Assembly: GCF_036321535.1 (NCBI RefSeq) | Contig: NC_087437.1 | Span: 110,238,001 to 110,302,000 of the forward strand | Source: Camelus dromedarius | Taxonomy: Eukaryota | Reading direction: 5' to 3' | Length of the DNA stretch: 64,000 nucleotides | Part shown: positions 1 through 11,859 of the stretch, piece after piece | Layout of the letters: every line of letters begins with the position of its first letter | Position numbering within the stretch: position 1 is the first letter of the stretch | The notes under the pieces: generated by a model | Seen by the model: the letters and a program-made list of their open reading frames with translations, nothing else | Databases searched by the model: none | Told to the model about the DNA's origin: nothing | Made by a program: the position numbers and the translations under genes

Positions 1-526
1 ATCTTGGCATCAGGTAATGTAAGTCTTCTAATTTTGCCTTTCAACATTTTCTTAGCTATTCTTGTCCCTTGAATTTCTATATAACTTATAGAGTCATCTA
101 GTCAATTTTGACCCCCAAAAAGCAATAATTTAAAAAGCTCTAGCATTTAGAAAGAATTCATATCATAAAATTTCTGTTTTCTGTCCTTAAATTTGATATA
201 TCCTTCCATGTATTTAGATCTTCTTTAATCTCTCTCATTAATATTTTGTGATATTTAGTTTATCTTAACTATATTTCACTATATTTATTCCTAGATATTT
301 AGTCTTTATGCTACTGTAAATGATTTAATAATTAATTTTAATTTTATTTATTTATTATTTATTTCCTATTTACAGAAATAATGTTGCTTTTTGTATGTTA
401 ACCTAGAGTACAGAAACCTTGATAACTTATTAATTCTAATAGCTTATTTATAGATTATTTTTGACTTTTATTATCTTTAAATCAACATTTTATTTTTGTT
501 TGTGTAAACAATATCTTTCATTTCCT

Positions 527-574
<48 letters not shown>

Positions 575-890
575 TCGGCCTATTTGATTAGATTGTAGCT
601 CCAGGGCACCACTGGAAAGAGACTGTGTTATCAGTTATCCTCATTTTACTTAATCTCAGGAGGAACACTTCAACATTTCACCATTAAATATGAAGTTTGT
701 TCTCCATAGTTGATCAGAATAAGGATTTGATCTATTTCTAGTTTGCTAAGAATTGTTATTTTAAATTGCTTTTGAGTTTTATTAAGTGTCTTCTCCGCAA
801 TTTTATTGAAAAAGTGGTGAACTTTCTCTTTTATCTTGTTAGTTTGGTCAATCATACTGACTTTTTTTCCCCACTTTTTGTTCTAAAATA
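1..890 (-). mobile_element. Old, degraded L1 (L1M-type) ORF2 fragment
   Basis: T-rich antisense L1-like motifs (ttcttagctattcttgtccctt, tatttagatcttctttaat, ctagtttgctaagaatt); subfamily not resolvable. Confidence 0.6.
525..576. repeat. (TTTC)n microsatellite
   Basis: Directly visible tetranucleotide run. Confidence 0.95.
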
Positions 891-3186
891 ACTTCAAATT
901 TACAGAAAAACTTCAAGAAAAACACAGAATACTAGTTTATTCCCCAAACCATTTGAAAGTAATTTGCAGACATTATGTCCCATTATCCTGAAATAGTCTA
1001 AGCATGCATTTCCTACAAATAAGGACATTCTGTTCTGCCTCATTAGGCCATGTGAATACCTTTCTACCCTGCTCAGATTCCACAACCCATTCCAGGCTTT
1101 TGTTGCCTCCACCTCAGCTTGCCTCCACCCTTCCTAACACTGCTTATGTCTCTAGATATTCATATTAAGTAATACATGTCTCTTTTCCTTCATCTTCAAA
1201 AGTTCCTGCATTTGTTTCTACTTGCGATCACTCTTCTTCTGCAGAAAAAAAAGCTCTATTGTATTTCTTACTGCAGGTCTGGTGGCCACTTTTCTCTAGG
1301 AAAAAAATTCTTTATTTTATATTAAATTTTGAAGGATACTTTCACTCAATATAGCGTTATAAGCTAGCAGGAATATTTCCCCATGACTGTCATGAAAGAG
1401 GTTTTTTTTAAAACCAAGAAAAAGAAATTTATTGTTTGACACTATAAATTTGCCTGTTGCATTAATTCACACATATACTATATGTTATCCCCCTGAGTGA
1501 TGCCTTGTGCATACAATCACACTGTTAGGTGCAATTTTAAAGGTTTGCTTAAGGAAATAGAAATCACTTGGGGTATTTTAAGCAGAAAAGGTTTAATGCA
1601 GAGAAATGCATATCAAACCATGAGAAAGGCCATAGAAACAAAGGTCGAGAAAAGTTTCTACAATCACTCAAATTCACTTTTATCTTTTGTTGAGTAAGGA
1701 AGTTTCAGGAACCATAACATACTGACACTGAATGTCGCAGCTTCCTGCAGTATGTGGGTCAGAATTTCTCAGCAGAACTCAGTTCAAAACCCTACATTTG
1801 CCGAAGGTCAAATATCTCCTTACTGATGCCAATTAAATAATATGGCTTCTGTCTGTCTTTCAGGTCCCAGTCTTACTCAGGAGACTGCGACTGGCAGAAT
1901 CTCTGGAGGACCTTTCTAGCTAGTAGCTTGGAAAGTATAGATGCCCATCAGTGGAATACACAAGAGGATACAGAGGAAGGAAGAGGGCAGAGTTGCCAAC
2001 AGAAGATTTAGAACTTCAGGTTTCACTCAAACACATTGGTGTGTTGCTATTTTTTCCACAGCATGATGTTTTCTTTAATACCTGGGTCTATGCAGTGTAG
2101 ACAAGGAACATCTCAACTATTAAATTTAGGATATTAATTTTAAAGAAGAACATGGAGCATATCTTGCTTAGGAAACAGGCCATACCTTACAGAAATGAGA
2201 TGGTACCTCTCTACTAAGCATCACTTTCTCACATAAATGACTGCCAGCCAGGACTAGTATTGGGCCAATGGTTTGCATGCTTTCTTATGCAAGGTTATGC
2301 TACTTCTAGAGGATGACTGAATGGGCAAGGGAAATCCTGGGTCCAGAGAGAGGAGAGTTAGAAATATTTCATAGCTGTGCTTGAGTATCAGCTGAGTCTT
2401 CATCAGTATCCCAGTTTTGACAAAGGGTTTTGACAACAGTGTGACATACAGATTCACAAATTTGTATACCCACTCAAGAGATTTAATTAACACACTTGAA
2501 GGAAAATTAATAAATGAGTAAATGACAAATTGCATGGTTCAATGGTAAAATCACCCAGACCAAGGCAAGAATACTGAATAAAAACAAAATCTAAGGTGAA
2601 AGGAGAGACGGCATTGAAACAACAAAGAAACATACAAGAAGTCATTCTTTTATAAGTAATCGCTGGAAAGTCATCTCTAGGGGAAATAGTTGCTTGTCCC
2701 TTAAACAAAAGGTAAACTGGCAGGTTTTTTTAACTTCAGTAATGTTTCCAAATCATGAATCCATAAGCCAACAGAGGGACATTCATAAATTCTAACCACA
2801 CATTTCAATGTGAGATGAAAAGTATAACAACAGAAATAATAATTATTAAGGACTTGAAAAAAAAATGAGCTTCCCATGCAAACTTGCCATGGACTTTAAC
2901 AAAAACACTGTACAGAGGACATTGCAAATATAGCAAAATTTGCTTGTTACAGTCATCTTTACTTTGGTTGCGGGAATTCTGACATAACAGCAAAGGATTC
3001 TTGGTGATGAGGGCTTCTTTCTGCCTAGTAAACTACAAATTCTGGAAGTTTAAAAGCAAATTAATGTAAAATGAGTCTTCCCCCTGCCTGTGGATTATCC
3101 CACCCACCAAGGGCGGTTCCCTTGTTAATATTCACACAGAGGAAACCGATCCTCTGCCCCCAGCTGAACCTTCCATTCCCCATAGT

Positions 3187-3317
3187 GTGTGCTGTTACAG
3201 CAGCTACTGCAGTGGCCTGGGCTGTGGCTGTGGCTGTGGCTGTGGCTGTGGTGGGTAGCGATGTGGCTGCTGCCGCCATCTTGCTGTGGCAGAGACTGGT
3301 CCTATGGGTTCTCCTAG
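3187..3317 (+). pseudogene. HGT keratin-associated protein pseudogene, KRTAP20-like
   Basis: GTG TGC TGT TAC AGC AGC TAC TGC AGT GGC CTG GGC... reads (V)CCYSSYCSGLGCGCGCGCGCGG*RCGCC, then a 1-nt frameshift, then PSCCGRDWSYGFS*. The end resembles the KRTAP20 C-terminus (PSCYGRYWSYGFY). Start is GTG and there is an in-frame TAG at 3256-3258. Confidence 0.85.
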
Positions 3318-4519
3318 TTCTTCTAGAGTCACTCAGCCAGTAAACTCACTCCTGTGCCTCCCAATTATCCTTCCTGCATTCTCCTTGTAAGTAATTTTTT
3401 TCTCTTTCTAAACAGTGGAAATTTTTATCCTAGACTATTTCAACTTCAGATTGAATACTACAAATTCAACATGCTTCAAGTTGATTGACCAAAGTTACAT
3501 GTAATACCTCACAATTGATAAAAATATCTATGTTTGATATTGTATTCCTTCTTCCTTCATTGTAGCTTAGCAACATTGATGTGAACAAAATTTTAAAATT
3601 TATATTTCAGTAAACTCTCTTTCATTGCAAAGTGCTGTGCATTTAGATTCATTTCTTTCTGCCACTTATGTATGTTTGGGTGTGTATGTTTAATCTAAGG
3701 GCACATGGGGAAAAACAGGAATCTTTACAGATGTACAACCACACATCTTAACAGCCTGGATAGTAAAATAATAATGCTGTATAAAATGGTTTTACTTGTC
3801 AGATAAGAGGAAAACTCTGTTCCGCAGCAGTATAAAAAGCAAGGCTCATACATTTTCTGTCCCTCATTCAACCTTCCAATGGCTCTAAAGAGTCTAGATG
3901 TGTGATTTATACAGAACACTCTGCTTGGCAAAACCTCCTTCAGTTAAAAAGACTTAGATTAATGAATGAGATTACCTTTTAACACCTGCTAAAATTACTA
4001 ATAACTCACAAGTAGACATAAAAAACAGATTGCTTGAAGCATGCTCTGTACATGCTCCTCCACAGCTAAGCTTACCCAACTCTCACTGTGCTCATTTTTC
4101 CTCACCAACATATTTTGTTCCCCCCACCTGACTCCATGCCAAACAATTTTTTTAAGTAAAATGTTACATTTTACCTTAAAGAAAATCTTAAAGCAGAATC
4201 TTTCCTAACTAATGGTCTAGACTTTCCAGGAGTAGAAATTTCTCTCCATTTTGCACAAAGCACCTCTGTTCTCAACTGAAAAGTGAGGAAGATTAAAAGT
4301 GGCCCCCTGCCTTATGCATGCCCTCTGTTACTGTCAGAAAACATCTGTTTCAATCCCAGGGAAACTGTAAGACAAAGATGACCCCAGAGAATGAGGCAGA
4401 GTTGTATTTGGAGGAGACTCAATCCTAGAACTGAGATGTCAAAGAGATATCTCTATAGTACCCACAGCTGGGACAGTGGCATTTAACAGGATTGTGATAC
4501 ATAGGTCAGCTAGAGACAG

Positions 4520-4590
4520 AGATAGATAAATAGATGATGATGATAATGATGATAGATAGATAGACAGATAGATAGATAGATAGATAGATA
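4520..4590. repeat. Interrupted (GATA)n microsatellite
   Basis: Directly visible. Confidence 0.9.
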
Positions 4591-5269
4591 ACAGAGAGAT
4601 GATAGAGAAATGCAGACGTAGTGAAATGTTTATAATTGAGGAATCAGAGTAAAGAAGACATAGAAATTCTTTTTACTGGTCTTATAGTTTTCTATTTGAA
4701 ATACTTCAACACAAATTATACCAAAGGTGTTCAAAGAAATGACAAAGACAAATGGCTGATCACCAATTCTGTCTAAACTGCTCATGTAAAATGCTTCTGT
4801 GTGACTCTGAGCCACTCCAATTATCAACATCTGATGTAGTTAAATTCCCATCCTTAAGGTTTTAATGATGTAGTGCCTACAAAAGCAGCACTGTTCTCAT
4901 ATATACGTACTGTTGGCAGTTTCCTGATGCCACTGTGCCTCTGTGTGATTGCAATGTGTTCCTCCCACATCATGGTCTTCTGATTGCTCCTCTGTAGTTC
5001 AAGGGAAAAAAGCAGAACATCTGCCATGCGTTCTGGTTGCTGAGTCAGTGACTCTGCCTGACAATCTTGTGCAAGGAAAGAGCCGTGGTTACCAACTCCT
5101 GCACACCAGCCTCAACATCCTGGATCGTGGCTTTTCTCCTGCAGCACTGATTCTTGTGCTTATAGGTCCAACTTTTCCTTACAAGTTAAAGCAACTTAAT
5201 TTTTTTCAATGATTCTGATCTTCACTCCCTACACAAGGGACAATGGGAAAATGGAATTTCATCTGAAGA

Positions 5270-7580
5270 AATACTATTCAAGTAACAGAGACAAGAAGAA
5301 ATAGGAAGTCCAACAAGTTGGGTAACAATTCAAGTACTTATTAAAGAAAATCAACCTGTATTTTAAAACAGTCATGCAAAGAAGATTTCAGCTGAAATGG
5401 CTGTCTTGGTGAATGTTTTAAACCACTTAAGAATAAAATAAATACCAATTATACAATACTCTTCCATAGAATACGAAAAGAGCAATACTAATAAAATAAA
5501 AATCTTAACAAAGACATTATATTAAAAGGTCCATTTCTTGTGAACATAGCTATAAAAATCTGAAACAGTGTAGAATCAAAGCGAAATCCCATAAGCTATA
5601 TTCCGAAACTGCAAAATCCTAGATCATTTTAATATCTGAAAACTCAGTTTAATTCATCACATTAATACAAATAGAAAGAAAGTCATATGAACATCTTAAT
5701 AGATTCAATATGCATTCATGAATTTTTAAAACTCTCTGTAAACTAAGACTAGAAAATCATTTCCTAAATTTGGTAAATGGCATCTACATAAAATCTACCA
5801 CTAATTATCATACTTAAAGCTGACATACAGAATAATTTCCACTTGAGGTTAGGAACAAGACATGGATAACTATTACCACAGTTTAATAAAAGTTTGTACC
5901 ACTTCAATACAACTTTGTACCATAGGTCTTAGCCACTGCAATACATGTAAATAAATAAGTACATAAATGTAGCAAAAATTGGATAGGAAAATGTAGTTCT
6001 GTCACTATCAACAAAAGACATAATTGTATACATGGAAAAGACAGTATTGAGTCAACAATAATCACACACCAATGGAAGAAAAGAAATTCTATAAACAGAC
6101 AAACATATAGGGTCACCAGATTTATCCTACTAAGATAATATTGCAGTGCAGAAAATGAAAGGATTGACTCACAAGAAATTAATCAAAATTGCAGTGAAGT
6201 GTCACCTCACACCAGTCAGAATGGCCATCATTAAAAAGTCCTCAAATGATAAATGCTGGAGAGGGTGAGGAGAAAAGGGAACCCTCTTACACTGTTGGTG
6301 GGAATGTAGTTTGGTGCAGCCACTATGGAAAACGCTATGGAGATTTCTCCAAAGACTGAAAATAGAATTACCATATGATTTAGCAATCCCACTGCTGGGC
6401 ATATATCCAGAGGGAACATTTTCAAAAAGATACATGTACCCCAATGTTCAAAGCAGCACTATTTACAATAGCCAAGACATAGAAACAACCTAAATGCCCA
6501 TTGACAAATGACTGGATAAAGAAGCTGTGGTATATTTACACAGTGGAATACTATTAAGCCATAAAAAATAGTAAAATAATGCTATTTGCAGCAACATGGA
6601 TAGACCTGGAGAATGTCATTCTTGGTGAAGTAAGCCAGAAAAAGAAAGAAAAATACCATATGATATCACTTATATTGGAATTGAAAAATTAAAAAAAAAA
6701 GACAAATGAACTTATTTATAAAACAGAAGCAGACTCACAGATATAGAAAATAAACTTATGGTTACCAGAGTGGGTAGGGAGTGGTAAGGGATAAATTAGG
6801 AGTTTGAGATTTGCAGATACTAACTAATATATAGAAAGTAGATAAACAACAAGTTTATACTATATAGCACAGGGAACTATATTCAATATCTTATAGCATC
6901 TTATGGTGAAAAAGAGTATGAAAATGAATATATGCATATTCCTATATGACTGAAGCATTATGCTGTACACCACAAATTGACACAACATTGTAAACTGACT
7001 ATACTTCTATAAAAATATATTAAAAAAATTTTTAAACAATGCCTTGATTAATTTCAAATAGGCAATAATTTCTTAAACAGGTAATAAAAGCACTAGCTAG
7101 AGAACATATTAATAAAGTGGACTTCACCAAAATTAAAGATTTCTATTTTTAAAAGTGAAAAACTACTGATAGGGAGAAGATATTTACAGTACATATATCT
7201 AAAAGAGGATTTGTACGAAAAATAAATTAAAATACCTACAAATCACTAGAAACAGACACAAAACACAATTAAAAATTGGCAAAAACCTGAACAAGCATCT
7301 TAGGTAAGATGATAACAAAAGATGACCAACCTTATTAGAGCAAGAAAATTCAAATTATTACCACACTGCATACCCCTTAAAATAGCTAAAATTAAAGAAA
7401 CTCAAAATACCAAATAATTTTGAGAATATGAAGCAACTAGAATTCACACATATTGCCTCTGGGGATGGCATTTGGCACAACTCCTATGGAAACTGTTTGG
7501 CAGCATCTAAAAACGCTAAATACATATATAACCTAAAACCCATCATCTCCACCCAACAGAAATGATGACTTCTGTCCACT
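5270..7580 (+). mobile_element. Old L1M ORF2 remnant interrupted by a younger L1 at ~6170-7035
   Basis: A-rich degenerate ORF2 motifs on both sides of the younger copy (aattcatcacattaat, gggagaagatatttacagtacatatatct). Confidence 0.6.
6170..7035 (+). mobile_element. 5'-truncated lineage-specific L1 (ORF2 end, 3'UTR, A-rich tail)
   Basis: cacctcacaccagtcagaatggccatcattaaaaagtc ... ctgttggtgggaatgta ... ccatatgatttagcaatcccact ... gacacaacattgtaaactgactatacttc plus A tail. Confidence 0.9.
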
Positions 7581-8287
7581 TAAGTTATCTTGTCCCTTCC
7601 ACACATACTCACAAACTCGTATATGTAAACTCTAAATTCTTAGACTGCCTTTTGAGAAAATAAATTATTTTTAGAAAACAAACAAGCCAACAAATCAAAG
7701 CTTGGAGAAAGGACTATATGCTTTATGTCACACCAAGTAGCCAGGACACATCATTTCAAGTAAATAAATATATAAGCATGGGCAATAAAAATAAGGAGAA
7801 AAAAATTTCTAAAAGCATATGATTTTATTAAGGTCATTCTGACATAAAAGCAAAATATGTTCGGTAAAGAGGGTCCTCACTATGTCTAGTAAATCAAAAA
7901 TTCAGGAGGACCTCTAATGCTTTCTAATGCCTCCTAAATCTCATTCAAGTCTCTCTCATTGGTGGCATTTCCTGCAGAATCTTATTTTGCAAGGAATCTT
8001 GGGAAATGTAGTCCCTGAGCTTCCAGACTAACTGTTCCTTGGGAGTGGAGGGAGAATGACAAACTGATCATCGACCTGAAACTAATCACATGCAGAATAA
8101 TTGCTTTTCAAAACAGAATAAAAAATTCTTTCTATTCTTAATTAATGATTTAATTAAGGGACACTTGAAATAATGGCAAAATGATCTTATGTCAGAGGAA
8201 CTGTCTTTACCTAGGGAAACAAAAGATGTAATAAATTTTTCTAGGGGACATTGTTCTAAATTCTGAAGTCAACGATGCTTGTAGTTT

Positions 8288-8318
8288 GCCCTACCCATCA
8301 CTGACAGTATTTAAAAGG
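8288..8318 (+). promoter_or_regulatory. KRTAP-type proximal promoter (CACCC-like box and TATTTAAAAGG)
   Basis: TATTTAAAA at 8308-8316, ~84 nt upstream of the degenerate start; the same layout recurs at 11241-11273. Confidence 0.6.
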
Positions 8319-8391
8319 CCCTGGGAAAACGTTGACATTTAAACCAAGAAGAATTCACATCCCCTCAAGTGAACCTGCCACTCGTAACACC

Positions 8392-8526
8392 GTGTGCTAC
8401 TACAGCAACTATTATGGTGGCCTGGGTGGTGGTTATGGGGGCCTAGGTGCTGCCTGTGGCAGGTGTGGATGTGGCTGCTACCGTCCATCTTGCTATACCA
8501 CATGCTAGACCTCTGGGTTCTATTGA
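8392..8526 (+). pseudogene. HGT keratin-associated protein pseudogene, KRTAP20-like (near-intact)
   Basis: acc GTG TGC TAC TAC AGC AAC TAT TAT GGT GGC CTG... reads (V)CYYSNYYGGLGGGYGGLGAACGRCGCGCYRPSCYTTC*TSGFY* in a single frame. Only two disabling lesions: ATG>GTG and TGG>TAG (8506-8508). Confidence 0.9.
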
Positions 8527-9513
8527 GAAGCTTGTAGAACCACTCAGCTTATTGGACTTGACCTGCTGGACCAGGATGACTTAGAAATTCTAATATACCT
8601 TTAATGCAGAGTAAACTCATCTTAGGCTACGAGGAAAAACATGTTTCAGATTGGACCTCTCTTTCTTGGTCAAAATCATCCGGAATACCTTCAAATTTTA
8701 TATTTTTAAGAGATGCTTTCACTTTGATATTGCATTTCCATCATACCTTCTCATTAATTTTGATCTTGCAGAAGATTTCTGCTCCATCCATGTAAGTGGA
8801 GAGCACCATTTGCTTTCAGCTGGCAGGACCAGCAATGCTGTTTAACTGCTCTGCCTCAGAATTATGCTAACTCTTCAAAACTCAGGTGCAATTTATTCTG
8901 CAGAGGCCTTGACTCTGCATTCCAGCACTTATCACATTAGTCCATCAAGTTTATAATACGTTCGTGATTAGACCCAGTGAGCAGGAACTAGCAACTACCC
9001 CGAACATCTTGGTAAGACTTATGAGTGACAGAGGATGGGAAATAAGTCCTACAAAAATTTAAGGACCTGCCACCTTGGTGAAATTTTTAGAGGTCCAGTG
9101 ATCTGGATGAAGGAGGCATCATTATATATGGCCCCTCCTATCAATAAGTTAAAAAACACAATATTTAGTGGCCTCTTTGTAATTTCACGGTAACATATTC
9201 CTTACCTGGATGTGCTTCCTATTATCCACTTGGAAAGTAATAAAATGGCTACAAGTTTTGAAAAAATTAAGACCAAAAGAAGCTCCAGAATGGTCACAGG
9301 CTGCTGCATACACTGCTCTGCTACTAAACTGTATAGAGCAGCAGATTCAGTGCTGTTTAAAGTGTCCATAAGGATGGTGTTTAGAGGTTTTCACAGGTCT
9401 GTAGAGGTGAATCATTACACAGGCTTTTAGGATTTTGGAGTAAATCTCTGCTATCCTCTGCAGATTTATATTATCTTTTAAAGAAATAGCTTCTGACACA
9501 TTACTGAGTTCTT

Positions 9514-9941
9514 TTTTCTTTTACATTGTTTTTTTTCCGGTTTTATTTAGATACAATTGACATATAACATTTTGTAAGTTTACGGTGCACAACATAATGA
9601 CTTAACATACGTGTATATATATATATACATACGTATATATATATTGCTAAATGATTACCACTAGGTAACATCCATCACTTCACATAATTACATTTTTTTC
9701 TTGTGATAGCAAGTAAATCTTTCTTTTAAGATCTATCCTATTAACAACTTTTCAAATATACAATACGGCATAATTAACTAAGGTCACCATGTTGTACATT
9801 ACATCCCCAGAACTTATTTATTTTATAACTGGAAGTTTGTACCTTTTGACCACCTTCACCCATTCCCTGTACCCCAGCCCCGCCATGTCTGGCAACCACC
9901 AATCAATTCTCTATTTGTACAAATCTGATTTTTTTTTTTAA
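9514..9941 (-). mobile_element. L1 3' end (L1MA-like) inserted in ERVL
   Basis: Antisense L1 3'UTR (tacattacatccccagaacttattt...ctggcaaccaccaatc); candidate TSD tgagttctt at 9505-9513 and 9942-9950. Confidence 0.8.
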
Positions 9942-10135
9942 TGAGTTCTTGTCTATGGGCCACCAAGCTACCATGTGACTTGAACTGCCCATTGTGAACA
10001 AGATATTGTTTGGCTTTTTGAGCCACAAATTTGAGTGTACACAGCAGCTCTTCCATCATCTGGTAAAAGTGGTGTATATGAGACTGGGTTTGAGGAAGAC
10101 CAGAAAGCACAAATAAATTATAGAGGAAAGTAGCT

Positions 10136-10264
10136 CACAGGGAAATAAATGTGACAATGAATATAGGTATGTTCATGTATAACTGAAAACTTGTGCTCTG
10201 CACTGGAATTTGACACAACATTGTAAAATGACTAACTCAATAAAAAAAATTTTTTTAAAAATAA
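10136..10264 (+). mobile_element. Very short L1 3' tail, young camelid-type family
   Basis: gtgacaatgaatat..gttcatgtataactgaaaa..gacacaacattgtaaaatgact..caataaaaaa; TSD agaggaaagtagct / agaagaaagtggct (10122-10135, 10265-10278). Confidence 0.85.
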
Positions 10265-11240
10265 AGAAGAAAGTGGCTTGAATTTCATGGCTTCTACTCT
10301 TCTGTCTTCTCTTTCTCAAACTTCACTGATGAATTTATGCTGATTTCCCAGTTGAAGGAAGGAAAAATTAGTCCTGGTTTACAGATGGTTCTGCCAATAT
10401 GCTGATACTCGTAAAAGTGGGCAGCTGCAGTTAATAGCTCAAATCACATCTGGCCCTAGAGAACAGTGGTGAAAGAAAATTCTCAATTGTTTTCAATCCT
10501 CCTGAGAAATGATAACATCCAAATTTAACCTGTCTTTCAAAACTTAAGACTATGTATATGTGTATGATACAAACAGAGCCAATATCCCTTAAGAAAAGAT
10601 AAATATTCATGTATTCTATCAAATTTGAGCTTCAAAAGGTCTATCCTGGGTTCCTATGACCTTGCCGTCAAATAAGATTCTCAGTGCTCTTCCTGTATGT
10701 GAAGAAATGTGTACACTCTGGTGCAGGTACAGGATAAGCAACTAGACAACTTTTTAAGGAGCAGAAAAAAAAAAAAAAAACTACACAAGCAACAAAGTGG
10801 CATTACTTTAAGAGAACACGGCAATACAAAACCCACAGAGTAAAATGTGATTGGAGTAGGTGGTGGATCGTACAGAAAATATACTATTTGCTCCGAAGAT
10901 TTATATAGATAACATCACAGCTGTGTTGATTAGCTTTTAAATCTGCATATGGGATGAAGGGTATTATTAGAATAATCGTTGGAGGAAGAAGGCATTTGCC
11001 GCCTCCACGTGATGTCATGCAGCTTGGTTACAAAGGTTAAATTCAGCAACAGAATGAGCAAGCTCAATGAATTCAGCATTTTTTTTTTTTAAATTTAAAG
11101 CATACCAACTGTTCGGGAGGATCCCAACATACCAAGAAAACAGTCTTCAATTTTAATGGGTATGTGGAGTCTCTTTTATCTAAAGAAATGAGATTAATGA
11201 GATTCCTAAATACAGGTTGGTCTAGATGAGGATGTCACGT

Positions 11241-11273
11241 TTGCCACACCTACACTTTAGATTGTATAAAAGG
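11241..11273 (+). promoter_or_regulatory. KRTAP-type proximal promoter (CCACACC and TATAAAAGG)
   Basis: ttgccacacc at 11241-11250 and TATAAAA at 11265-11271, ~80 nt upstream of the KAP remnant. Confidence 0.6.
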
Positions 11274-11348
11274 TCCCTAGTTTTTAATGTTCTTACTCTC
11301 TAAAACTTACTCTTTTCTCTTAGGCTAAAAACTTTAAATTCTGGCCCA

Positions 11349-11532
11349 GTCTGCTACTACTAAGGTAGGTACTTTGGAGGACTGGGCTAGGACTGCAGCT
11401 CTGGATATGGCTATGCCTGTTGCTTTGGTGCCTTTAGAACCTTGGGATGCGGCTACAGATGTGGCTGTAATAGGGCCTGACTGCTGACACCAATAATGTT
11501 ACACTAGACACTTGTTCTGTGGCATCAACTGA
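11349..11532 (+). pseudogene. HGT keratin-associated protein pseudogene (KRTAP19/20-like), heavily decayed
   Basis: Reads CYY*GRYFGGLG*DCSSGYGYACCFGAFRTLGCGYRCGCNRA*, then a frameshift, then C*HQ*CYTRHLFCGIN*. Retains the YY..GGLG and GxFRxLGCGY motifs; no ATG; multiple stops. Confidence 0.75.
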
Positions 11533-11859
11533 GTAATATCTGCTGCTGAGTCCATTCTCTGGTGAGATGGAGATTCTGCTCTGCAGAATCTTTTCATTGC
11601 ACACCTTGTACTCAATTTTAATTGTTAATAATCCAATCCAAACCTAAGTGTTCAGAATAGATTATTAAATAGACAATACACCCACATCTGTGTCCTTTAT
11701 TGACTGCATTTTTGTCTTTAATGTTTTTTTTGACAACGATATGCCAGGCAAATTACAATTTCAGTGTGCTTCATGAGCAGGAAGCTCTGGGTTTATTTTT
11801 CATTCCTCTGGCCTGGCCAATGTTATTAGTTATTTCTCTTTTTTAAAATATATTACTTA

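Larger units (their letters stand above)
8930..10490 (+). mobile_element. ERVL internal pol fragment (RT/RNase H region) with two nested L1 tails
   Basis: gacccagtgagcaggaactagcaactacc...agaggatgggaaataagtcctacaaaaatt...gtgaaatttttagaggtccagtg matches the ERV-L pol motif GPSEQEVATT..RGWEINPTKIQGP..VKFLGVQW. tggtttacagatggttctgc (WFTDGS) lies at ~10375. Confidence 0.8.

Noticed and set aside
3061..3343. Ala/Val- and Ala/Thr-rich ORFs of 72-90 aa
   Set aside because: Off-frame and antisense readings of the (GGCTGT)n KAP remnant, which lacks stops in those frames
6202..6493. ORFs with L1 ORF2-like peptides (also 16428-17316, 22416-22809, 38972-39163)
   Set aside because: Fragments of truncated, disrupted L1 copies, not functional genes
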